A stretch of 64,000 nt of DNA from Gemmatimonadota bacterium (GTDB lineage: Bacteria > Gemmatimonadota > Gemmatimonadetes > Gemmatimonadales > GWC2-71-9), in NCBI GenBank assembly GCA_039586365.1, contig JBDHKN010000006.1, positions 7,162 to 71,161 on the forward strand. The letters run 5' to 3'. Within the stretch, counting starts at the first letter, position 1; each line of letters begins with the position of its first letter. Shown piece after piece: positions 49,829-57,748 of the stretch. A program made the position numbers and the translations under genes. The notes beneath the pieces were generated by a model that had not been told where the DNA came from, searched no databases, and saw nothing but the letters and a program-made list of their open reading frames with translations.

Positions 49829-51238
49829 GTGAGCACACCGCGAGTACTGATCGCAGGGCTACGCGGAGGCAGCGGCAAGACGGTAATATCTCTGGGACTC
49901 GTGGCAACCTGGCGCAAGCAAGGTTGTCACGTTTCGCCCTTCAAGAAGGGACCAGACTACATCGATGCAGCCTGGCTATCGGCTGCGGCAGGCAAACCCT
50001 GCCGGAACCTCGATCTCTTCCTCATGACCCCAGATACGGTCCTGCGCTCGTTCGCAGCTGCGGCCGGGCCGGCCGACGTGGCTGTCATAGAGGGCAATCG
50101 CGGGTTGTTCGACGGCATGGACGCCCGGGGCAGCTACAGCACGGCCGAGTTGGCCAAGTTGCTGAAGAGCCCGGTGTTGCTCGCTGTCGATTGCACAAAG
50201 GCAACGCGTACCATCGCGGCAATGGTCCTAGGTTGTCAGAGACTCGATCCCAGCGTCTCGCTTCGCGGTGTCATTCTGAACAATGTGGCCGGTCCTCGGC
50301 ACGAGTCGGTGCTGCGTGAAGCAATGGCTGAGATCAGCGGGCTGCCCGTGGTGGGTGCGCTGGGCCGAATCCCCGGAGAGCTCTTTCCAGAACGGCACCT
50401 TGGGCTCGTGCCACCCCAAGAGCACGAGCAATTGTCTCCAGCGATACAACAGGCCGCCAGTGCGGTCGAACAGCAGTTGGACTTGGCCGCCATCTGGGAC
50501 ATTGCGCGCCAAGCTCCAGAGCTCGACCCCCACGACTCGAATCCGACTGCCACAGGTGACGAGGGGCGGAATGCCGTCAGGATCGGTGTGTTCCGCGACG
50601 CTGCATTTCAGTTCTACTATCCCGAGAACCTCGAGGCCCTGGTTCGGCAGGGGGCGATCTTGCTGGAGGTTTCTCCGCTCCACGATACTGCGCTACCGGA
50701 CGTGGATGCCCTGTACCTCGGGGGAGGATTTCCGGAGACAGCAGCACCGGCGTTGGCAGACAACAGGCAATTCCTGGACTCGCTACGTGACTCAGTCAAC
50801 AGTGGCTTGCCGGTATACGCAGAGTGCGGGGGAGCGGTCTTTCTGGGGGAGAAGCTCCTCTACAATCATAGAGAATACCCGATGGCGGGCATACTACCAG
50901 TCGTTTTCTGCTTCGAGGCAAAACCGCGGGGGCACGGCTACGCCGTACTCGAAACCGTGGAGAACAACCCGTTTTTCACAGTCGGGGAATGTCTCCAAGG
51001 GCATGAGTTCCACTACACCCACATGCAGTCGTCTGCGGTGGAGGATCTGAAGTTCGCATTCCGGGTCCGTCGCGGCTATGGATTCGATGGCCAAAGGGAC
51101 GGCTTGTGTTATCGCAATGTGCTCGCGTCCTACACTCACCTGCATGCGTTGGGGACGGAGAGTTGGGCTCCGTCCGTGGTTCGGGCCGCCACCCGGTTCA
51201 AGTCGCGGAGCGCGAGCCATACTGGCGTTGGCCTCTAG
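49829..51238 (+). CDS. dsrN: DsrN (cobyrinate a,c-diamide synthase homologue, putative siroheme amidase)
   Basis: 469 aa. IAGLRGGSGKTVISLGL P-loop and a glutamine-amidotransferase half with ECGG. Located after dsrL in the dsr cluster. Confidence 0.85.
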   Translation: MSTPRVLIAGLRGGSGKTVISLGLVATWRKQGCHVSPFKKGPDYIDAAWLSAAAGKPCRNLDLFLMTPDTVLRSFAAAAGPADVAVIEGNRGLFDGMDARGSYSTAELAKLLKSPVLLAVDCTKATRTIAAMVLGCQRLDPSVSLRGVILNNVAGPRHESVLREAMAEISGLPVVGALGRIPGELFPERHLGLVPPQEHEQLSPAIQQAASAVEQQLDLAAIWDIARQAPELDPHDSNPTATGDEGRNAVRIGVFRDAAFQFYYPENLEALVRQGAILLEVSPLHDTALPDVDALYLGGGFPETAAPALADNRQFLDSLRDSVNSGLPVYAECGGAVFLGEKLLYNHREYPMAGILPVVFCFEAKPRGHGYAVLETVENNPFFTVGECLQGHEFHYTHMQSSAVEDLKFAFRVRRGYGFDGQRDGLCYRNVLASYTHLHALGTESWAPSVVRAATRFKSRSASHTGVGL

Positions 51239-51250
51239 GAGGACGGAACC

Positions 51251-51904
51251 GTGCCGATCATCACAATCTCGCGGGGGACGTTGAGTGGCGGACAAGCGGT
51301 GGCTGAGTGTCTCGCTGGTAGACTTGGGTACCCGTGTGTCGGTCGCGAGATCGTTCAAGAAGCGGCCCGAAAGCTGGGTGTATCTGAGGAGACCCTGAGT
51401 GGGAAGTTCGAGACCCCCCCTGGACGATGGCATCGGCTGACTAACGAGCGTAGGCTGTACCTTCACGCGGTTCAGGCTGCCCTAGCGGACCAGTGTGTGA
51501 CTGGGGAGCTGGTTTACCACGGTCTGGCTGGGCAGCTGCTGCTGCGGGGCCAGCCCGGAGTGCTGCGAGCCCGGCTTATTGCACCATTGGATATGCGAGT
51601 GCGTGCCTTGACGGAAGCACACCATAGAATGAGCCCCAAGGCTGCGGAGGAATTCATCGAGAGCGTGGATGAAGACCGCAGGCGTTGGGTCAGACTGATG
51701 TACGGAGCCGACGTCGAGGACCCATCTCTGTACGATCTAACGATCAACCTACAGTCCATTTCCACTGAGACAGCGTGTACGAGCATTGCGGAAGCGGTTG
51801 CACAGCCACAGTACAAGATAACGGACGAAGTAAGGGCGAAGCTGGAGGCGTTCGCGGCCCAATGCCACGAACAACTGCAGGCGGCTGCGTCGCAGCGCTC
51901 ATGA
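51251..51904 (+). CDS. Cytidylate-kinase-like family protein (PF13189-type, degenerate P-loop), paralog 1
   Basis: 217 aa, GTG start. IITISRGTLSGGQAVAECLAGRLGY has the family's SR.xGSGG pattern in place of GxxGxGKS/T. Function unknown. Confidence 0.65.
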   Translation: MPIITISRGTLSGGQAVAECLAGRLGYPCVGREIVQEAARKLGVSEETLSGKFETPPGRWHRLTNERRLYLHAVQAALADQCVTGELVYHGLAGQLLLRGQPGVLRARLIAPLDMRVRALTEAHHRMSPKAAEEFIESVDEDRRRWVRLMYGADVEDPSLYDLTINLQSISTETACTSIAEAVAQPQYKITDEVRAKLEAFAAQCHEQLQAAASQRS

Positions 51905-51993
51905 GGCGGATGAACTGTTCATGCCGCTTGCAGGCACAAAGTTGGCTAGCAGGGCGAACTAGCGCCGTCGCCGACGTTAAAGAGGGCTGAAGA

Positions 51994-52812
51994 GTGGCGA
52001 TCATTACCATCAGTCGAGGAAGCAAGAGTGGCGGGCAGGAAATGGCGGAATGTCTGGCCGCGCAACTGCAGTATCGCATCGTTGGACGAGAGATTGTACA
52101 GGAAGCGGCTACCAGGCTCGACGTTTCAGAGGAGGCCTTGAGCCACCAGATGGAGCACACACCCAAGCTGTGGGATAGGCATGCTGCGACGCGGCGGCTA
52201 TATGTGGCGGCCGTGCAAGCGGCCCTCGCCGAGTATGTGGCCGAGGGAGATCTGGTGTACCATGGCTTGGCGGGACAACTACTCCTGAGGGGCCTACCGG
52301 CTGTGCTGCGGGTGCGGCTCATCGCACCGAGAGAGAGGCGGGTCCGAACGCTGGTGGAGACGCGTCAGATGGATGAGGCCTCGGCCGAAGAGTTCATTCA
52401 GCATGTCGATGGAGCACGTGCTCGCTGGGTCAAAATGATGTACGGCGAAAACATCGAGGACCCGGCACTTTATGACATGGTGGTAAACCTGGAGACCATG
52501 TCTGTGCCCGGTGCCTGTGCTGCACTCGCGACTGTGGCAAAGCGGCCGGACTTTGCGGTTACTGGTGAGGTAAAGGCGTGTCTACGGGACTTTCGCTTGG
52601 CGTCCAACGTCAAAGTCGCGCTAGCGAGAGCACGTGAGACACGGCCTCACATTCTGGACGTGTGGGTCAGAGGGGGCGTCGTCGAGATATCCGGCAGCGT
52701 TCCCGTCCTCAAAACAGGCCGGATGGGGGATCGTATCAGCGAGGTAGCACGTTCTGTCCCCGGCGTTGAGGAAGTCCGTATGAAGCTGCAGTGGTACGAC
52801 CCGTATCCTTAG
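51994..52812 (+). CDS. Cytidylate-kinase-like family protein, paralog 2, with a C-terminal BON-like domain
   Basis: 272 aa. IITISRGSKSGGQEMAECLAAQLQY, with about half of positions identical to paralog 1 by eye over ~190 aa. The extra C-terminus VKVALARA...VWVRGGVVEISGSVP...VARSVPGVEEVRMKL resembles a BON domain. Confidence 0.65.
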   Translation: MAIITISRGSKSGGQEMAECLAAQLQYRIVGREIVQEAATRLDVSEEALSHQMEHTPKLWDRHAATRRLYVAAVQAALAEYVAEGDLVYHGLAGQLLLRGLPAVLRVRLIAPRERRVRTLVETRQMDEASAEEFIQHVDGARARWVKMMYGENIEDPALYDMVVNLETMSVPGACAALATVAKRPDFAVTGEVKACLRDFRLASNVKVALARARETRPHILDVWVRGGVVEISGSVPVLKTGRMGDRISEVARSVPGVEEVRMKLQWYDPYP

Positions 52813-52851
52813 GACAGAATCGCGCGTTGGACGAGTGAAGGTGAGGGGTGA

Positions 52852-53922
52852 GTGTCCGACTCTACTGAACAGCCTATGCCTACTATCGCGAGCACACCTG
52901 CCACAACAGGGCAGGTGCTCATAGATCCGGGAACAGCGGAAGGTCCTCAGCGGTTGCGCGTACTTCCTGCGGTGATCCGCCTAGCGGTGTTGCTCTTTGT
53001 CATCATGTTGCTCAACCCGACGGAGGTGCACGCGTGCCAGGAAGCAGCAGTGGCGGCCGACACCAGTATGACCTCATGGTGGGTGTGGCCGCTTGTTCTC
53101 TTCCTAATCACGTTTGTCATGGGGATCCTGGCTGCTCTAGGTGGTGTTGGAGGGGGAGTGCTCTTCGTGCCAATTGTCAGCGGTTTCTTCCCATTTCACC
53201 TCGACTTCGTTCGCGGCTGCGGACTGTTAGTGGCGCTGAGCGGTGCACTTGCCGCGGGTCCGGGTTTCTTGAAGATGAACTTGGCCAGTCTGCGCTTGGC
53301 CATGCCTGTGGCGTTGATTGCATCCACTTGTGCCATTATCGGCGCCATGATCGGGCTCGCGCTCCCGACGAACGTTGTGCAGACGGCGCTAGGTGCCACC
53401 ATCCTGGGGATAGTCGCCCTAATGATGGCAGCGAAGAAGTCAGAGTTCCCCGAAGTCGCCGAAGCGGACCGCCTCTCTTCAGCGCTCAAGATCTATGGTG
53501 TGTATACTGAGGCCAGTCTGGGCCGGGCGATAGACTGGAAAGTGCACCGGACGGTATACGGTCTACTTCTATTCATCATCATCGGTGTCATGGCAGGCAT
53601 GTTTGGGCTCGGCGCGGGTTGGGCCAACGTTCCGGTTCTGAACCTGGTTATGGGTGCCCCGCTCAAGATCAGCGTGGCCACCAGCAAGTTTCTCCTCTCC
53701 ATAACGGATACGTCGGCGGCTTGGATCTATGTTAACAATGGTGCTGTGATCCCGATGATGGTTGTCCCCTCGCTGGTCGGCATCATGCTGGGCTCTTTCA
53801 TCGGCGTGCGAATTTTGCGGGTCGCCAAGCCGGCGTTTGTTCGCAAGATGGTGATCGGACTGTTGCTTTTCGCCGGTGCCAAAGCGATCACCAAAGGACT
53901 AGACCTCCCGTTCATCGTCTAG
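52852..53922 (+). CDS. TauE/SafE (TSUP, DUF81) family anion permease
   Basis: 356 aa. LAALGGVGGGVLFVPI and a repeated 4-TM-type architecture typical of TSUP sulfite/sulfonate exporters. Has a long N-terminal extension. Confidence 0.8.
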   Translation: MSDSTEQPMPTIASTPATTGQVLIDPGTAEGPQRLRVLPAVIRLAVLLFVIMLLNPTEVHACQEAAVAADTSMTSWWVWPLVLFLITFVMGILAALGGVGGGVLFVPIVSGFFPFHLDFVRGCGLLVALSGALAAGPGFLKMNLASLRLAMPVALIASTCAIIGAMIGLALPTNVVQTALGATILGIVALMMAAKKSEFPEVAEADRLSSALKIYGVYTEASLGRAIDWKVHRTVYGLLLFIIIGVMAGMFGLGAGWANVPVLNLVMGAPLKISVATSKFLLSITDTSAAWIYVNNGAVIPMMVVPSLVGIMLGSFIGVRILRVAKPAFVRKMVIGLLLFAGAKAITKGLDLPFIV

Positions 53923-53941
53923 CAGAACATGAGGCATCGCA

Positions 53942-54388
53942 ATGTCTGAGGACGCAATAGAGTCGAGACCCAACGAAGAACAGTTGCTGTACGCCAAGAT
54001 CCTGGAGATTGGCATGTTCGTTGGGCTGGGGCTTCTGCTCGTAACGTTCTTCCTCTATGTCTCTGGCATAGTCGCGCCGGCGGTGCCGGTTGAGGAATTG
54101 CCCAAGTATTGGGAAATGAGCGTCCACGATTATTTGGAAGCCACAAACCACGACTATGTACACCGGGAACACGCCATCACGGGTTGGTCTTGGCTCTCTG
54201 TACTTGGAAAGGGAGACTACCTCAATTTTCTGGGGATCGCCCTACTATCTGGAGTGACGGTCGTCTGCTATTTGGGGATTGTGCCGACGCTAATCAAGAA
54301 GAGGGATCTTGTCTTCGCTGCCATCTCCTTGATGGAAGTCGTGATCCTGACGCTCGCGGCGAGCGGCATCCTCAGTGTCGGGCACTAG
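53942..54388 (+). CDS. Small membrane protein, DUF1634-like partner of TSUP permeases
   Basis: 148 aa with 3-4 TM helices, 19 nt downstream of the TauE/SafE gene. The family call is from memory of the DUF81-DUF1634 pairing and is tentative. Confidence 0.45.
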   Translation: MSEDAIESRPNEEQLLYAKILEIGMFVGLGLLLVTFFLYVSGIVAPAVPVEELPKYWEMSVHDYLEATNHDYVHREHAITGWSWLSVLGKGDYLNFLGIALLSGVTVVCYLGIVPTLIKKRDLVFAAISLMEVVILTLAASGILSVGH

Positions 54389-54437
54389 CACTTGGGTTTC
54401 TGAAGGCGGCAGTGTGACTACTGATTCTAGCGGAACC

Positions 54438-54911
54438 ATGCGGTTCCTTCCGATAGGACTTGACGTCCGTGGCAGGGTTTGCCTGGTTGTTGGCGGTGGG
54501 AGTGTAGGGACTCGCAAGGCAGTGACACTTGCTCAGGCGGGTGCAGCCGTAACGGTAGTCTCGCCTGTCGTCACTGCTGAACTTGCCGAGCAGATACGCG
54601 CTGGCCGCATCAATTGGGTGGAGGGAAAGTTCCGAGACGGGCATCTGTCTGGTGTCTTCCTCGCGGTTGCTGCTACGGATGACGATGCCTTGAATGCCAT
54701 AGTCGTCAGGGTCGCGGGGGAGCGTGGTGCCCTGGTCTGCGATGCCTCGTCAGCCGAGCGCTCTCAAGTGATCTTCGGCGCTGTGCTGGAGAGTGATGAA
54801 GCCACCGTTGCCGTCTTCACGGATGGCCGAAATCCAGCACAGGCTAGGCGGACACGCGACCAGATTGCAGGTTTCATTGCCGCGGAACGCAAGGTTGGGC
54901 CTCAGTCCTGA
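54438..54911 (+). CDS. sirC: Precorrin-2 dehydrogenase / sirohydrochlorin ferrochelatase (SirC/CysG N-terminal type)
   Basis: MRFLPIGLDVRGRVCLVVGGGSVGTRKAVTLAQAGAAVTVVSP, a Rossmann motif characteristic of siroheme synthase N-domains. Alternative starts are 54375 and 54414. Confidence 0.8.
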   Translation: MRFLPIGLDVRGRVCLVVGGGSVGTRKAVTLAQAGAAVTVVSPVVTAELAEQIRAGRINWVEGKFRDGHLSGVFLAVAATDDDALNAIVVRVAGERGALVCDASSAERSQVIFGAVLESDEATVAVFTDGRNPAQARRTRDQIAGFIAAERKVGPQS

Positions 54912-55097
54912 TTTGCCTGTGTCGACGAACTTGATCGGATTGGAGAGAGGAGCGGTGAGCAAGACGCTGGATTAGATTCAAGACGCAGTCCCCCTGCAGG
55001 CAATCTCGCTCGGATGTCTTAGACACTCCACCGAAACATCTTGCCATGAGAAGGCTGTGAGCGAGGTGCCTGTAGTGAATTTGTCGCAGAGTGAGCC

Positions 55098-57344
55098 ATG
55101 TCCACGTTCACCACAGACAGCTCGGCAACATCACCCATGCACCAGGGGCGTAGCTCGCTAGTGCCGGGGCGGCGGGGAGTGTTGTTGCTCAATCTGGGAA
55201 TGCCTGGCCGAAGTGACCCTTCTTCCGTGCGCCAGTTCCTCTTGCAGTTTCTTGACGATCCTCTCGTCATCGGCTCGCTCCCGGAACTCAGGTGGCTCCG
55301 ACGGGGTCTGCGCAGTTGGATGCTCCGCTTGCGGGCAGCGCGCCTGGTGGATTCCTGCCGCACATACAGGGAGGATAGCGGGTCTCAGCCGAACATCATT
55401 GCGGAACAGGCTGCTGCGCTGGGTGCTGTTCTTCCAGAGCACTGGCGGGTATTCACGGGTACACGCTATGGGGAACCATCGATCTCTGCAGTGCTGAAGC
55501 AGATGCAGGACGAGGGTATCGAGCGAATCGTGGCAGTACCGCTGTATCCGCAATTCGACCAGGCGACCACAGGCACGATCATGCGCGAACTGTACCGTGT
55601 CGTGGGTGAAACGGCACGAAGTATGAGCCTTGCCACTCGTGCTGCGTGGCACGACGACAGCGGCTACGTGAGTGCCCAAGCGAGATTGATTGCGGAATGG
55701 GCACAGTCCCATGATCTGTGGCCGGATGACTCGCACTTGCTCTTCACGGCCTACGGTCCACCCGGTTCCGGCGTGCAGCGCGAAGATACGTACGCGCCAC
55801 AGATGAGGAGAACGGTCGATCTGGTGGCTCAACGGTTAGGCTGGTCTGCGGATCTAGTGTCATTAGCCTTCCAGGGACGGTTCGGTATGGAGCCGGGCCC
55901 CGCATGTAGGCCCATCGCCGGCGACGAGCTGGAGCGACTTGCTCGTTTGGGTGTCAAGAAGGTGCTCGTCTGCCACCTCACCTTTGCCGAGCAGGGTGTG
56001 GGTGCCGTGCGGCAGATAGATGGGCAGTCCCAGAAGTTGTTCGCAGCAAGCGGAGGTCGTCTCCACAATTGCCCGACTCTCTACACACAGAGACCGTTTA
56101 TCTCCGCGTTGCGAAGCTTGGTAATAGGAGGTCCTAGGCCGGCTTCGGGCCGAGGGGCTAAACCTCTTCTGGTGCCCAGACTCGACACGGGTCTGACGGA
56201 CGACGATCCGAAGGCTCTGGTGATGATCGGGACGTCGCTGGCAAGGCGGCTGCGGTCCGGGCGCGGTCCGCATCTGAAGCACAACCACCCTGGCGTGTTC
56301 GCCAAGGTACGCAAGTCACGGAAGACCTTGCTGGGATTCCTGGATTGGGTCCGTGAGGAGGGGATTGTCAAGGAGGCGTTCGTCTGGAACACGTGCCAGC
56401 GGCTCGAGTTCTACGGATGGCTCGCGGATCCGGATGACTCCGTCGACCGCGAGTGGGTCGTCGCGACAGTGCGGAGCAGACTGTTCGAGACCGAACCAGA
56501 AGACCTCCATGTCAACGTGTTGTTTGGCGTCAACGCCTGGCATCACCTAATGCGCACAGCGTCTGGATTGAATAGCGCGCTGCCAGGGGACACGGACGTG
56601 GTGGCACAACTGCAAACGTCCTGCCAGATAGCCGAACGTGCGAGGGTTGCGGGCCCAATCGCAGCTCGACTGGTAAGGAGCGCAGTGGAGCTGACCCACA
56701 AAGTACGCGCTGAAACTGCGTGGGGCCAGTTCAGCTCTGGGTACTGCCTCGCTGCTCTGTCCCACGTTCGTGCAGTGAGCGGCGTCGATCTAGACGCGTG
56801 TCGCCACCTCGTCATTGGTGGCTCAGCCACGTCACGTTCAGTGCTGTCCACACTGTCTCAGGAGTTCGCTGTCCCCCAACATAGAATGACGTTGGCTTAT
56901 CGAGACCACCATGGTCAGATGAAGCTATTGCGGGCGGCTCTCGGCCACGGCAAACGCCAGCGCGTGCATTCGTATTCAGAGGAAAGTGTCCTGCGCGCGA
57001 TCGCTGACGCAGACTTTGTGTTTTTCGGTATCGATCACCCACAACCGGTATTGGACGCTGAGGTGATCGGTGGTTTGCGGGATTTCACGAAGCGACCTCT
57101 GACGATCGTCGATTTCAATAGCTATGGTTCAATGCGCTACTCGAGTATCCCTGATGGTGTGAGAGTGTGGACCGAAGCAGAGTTGGATCGAGCAGTTGCG
57201 GCGTATGCCGACCTGATGTGCTCTCGGGCCGAGTTCTCCGCGGCCGTAGAAGCCATGGAAACGTGGATAGAAGACCGCCTACCGGTGTCCGATGTGGATG
57301 CTGACTCCAAGACTGAAATCAGTGCAGCCAAGAGTACTATATGA
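55098..57344 (+). CDS. Fusion protein: ferrochelatase-like N-domain plus glutamyl-tRNA reductase (HemA)-like C-domain
   Basis: Residues ~25-330 carry HemH-family blocks (LLLNLGMPGRSDPSSVRQFLLQFLDDPLVI, VAVPLYPQFDQATTG). Residues ~340-748 carry HemA blocks (FVWNTCQRLEFY vs STCNRTEIY; HLMRTASGLNSALPGDTDVVAQ vs [22 protein letters not shown]). It is a single uninterrupted 748-codon ORF. Confidence 0.7.
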   Translation: MSTFTTDSSATSPMHQGRSSLVPGRRGVLLLNLGMPGRSDPSSVRQFLLQFLDDPLVIGSLPELRWLRRGLRSWMLRLRAARLVDSCRTYREDSGSQPNIIAEQAAALGAVLPEHWRVFTGTRYGEPSISAVLKQMQDEGIERIVAVPLYPQFDQATTGTIMRELYRVVGETARSMSLATRAAWHDDSGYVSAQARLIAEWAQSHDLWPDDSHLLFTAYGPPGSGVQREDTYAPQMRRTVDLVAQRLGWSADLVSLAFQGRFGMEPGPACRPIAGDELERLARLGVKKVLVCHLTFAEQGVGAVRQIDGQSQKLFAASGGRLHNCPTLYTQRPFISALRSLVIGGPRPASGRGAKPLLVPRLDTGLTDDDPKALVMIGTSLARRLRSGRGPHLKHNHPGVFAKVRKSRKTLLGFLDWVREEGIVKEAFVWNTCQRLEFYGWLADPDDSVDREWVVATVRSRLFETEPEDLHVNVLFGVNAWHHLMRTASGLNSALPGDTDVVAQLQTSCQIAERARVAGPIAARLVRSAVELTHKVRAETAWGQFSSGYCLAALSHVRAVSGVDLDACRHLVIGGSATSRSVLSTLSQEFAVPQHRMTLAYRDHHGQMKLLRAALGHGKRQRVHSYSEESVLRAIADADFVFFGIDHPQPVLDAEVIGGLRDFTKRPLTIVDFNSYGSMRYSSIPDGVRVWTEAELDRAVAAYADLMCSRAEFSAAVEAMETWIEDRLPVSDVDADSKTEISAAKSTI

Positions 57345-57387
57345 CTTCATTGAGTGATCCACTCGTTGTGTTGGCGCTCCGATCTCG

Positions 57388-57744
57388 ATGCTGATCTTGA
57401 TTGCACACGGCAGCCGGCGGTCAGAATGGAGAGCGTCTGCAGAGGGTCTGGTCAAATCGCTGCAAACGGACATAGGTCGCGACGCTGTACAGCTCGCTTA
57501 CATGGATTGTACACCGCCGACGCTCATGGAAGTAGTATCCAAAGCGGTACAGCAAGGAATCAAACGAATTCGAGTGCTGCCACTATTTCTAACAGCCGAA
57601 GGACACGTGACCCGTGATATTCACCCTCTTGTGGAGGAGGCACGTGAGTCATATGCCGATGTTGTGTTGGAGCTGCTACCACCAGTTGGCCAGCATCCGA
57701 TGTTCCTGGAACTACTGAAGACAATTGCCATCCGGGAGCCGTGA
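57388..57744 (+). CDS. cbiX: Short CbiX-type sirohydrochlorin chelatase
   Basis: 118 aa. MLILIAHGSRRSEW and VLPLFLTAEGHV (catalytic-His regions), with the length of CbiX(S). Confidence 0.8.
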   Translation: MLILIAHGSRRSEWRASAEGLVKSLQTDIGRDAVQLAYMDCTPPTLMEVVSKAVQQGIKRIRVLPLFLTAEGHVTRDIHPLVEEARESYADVVLELLPPVGQHPMFLELLKTIAIREP

Positions 57745-57748
57745 ATAC

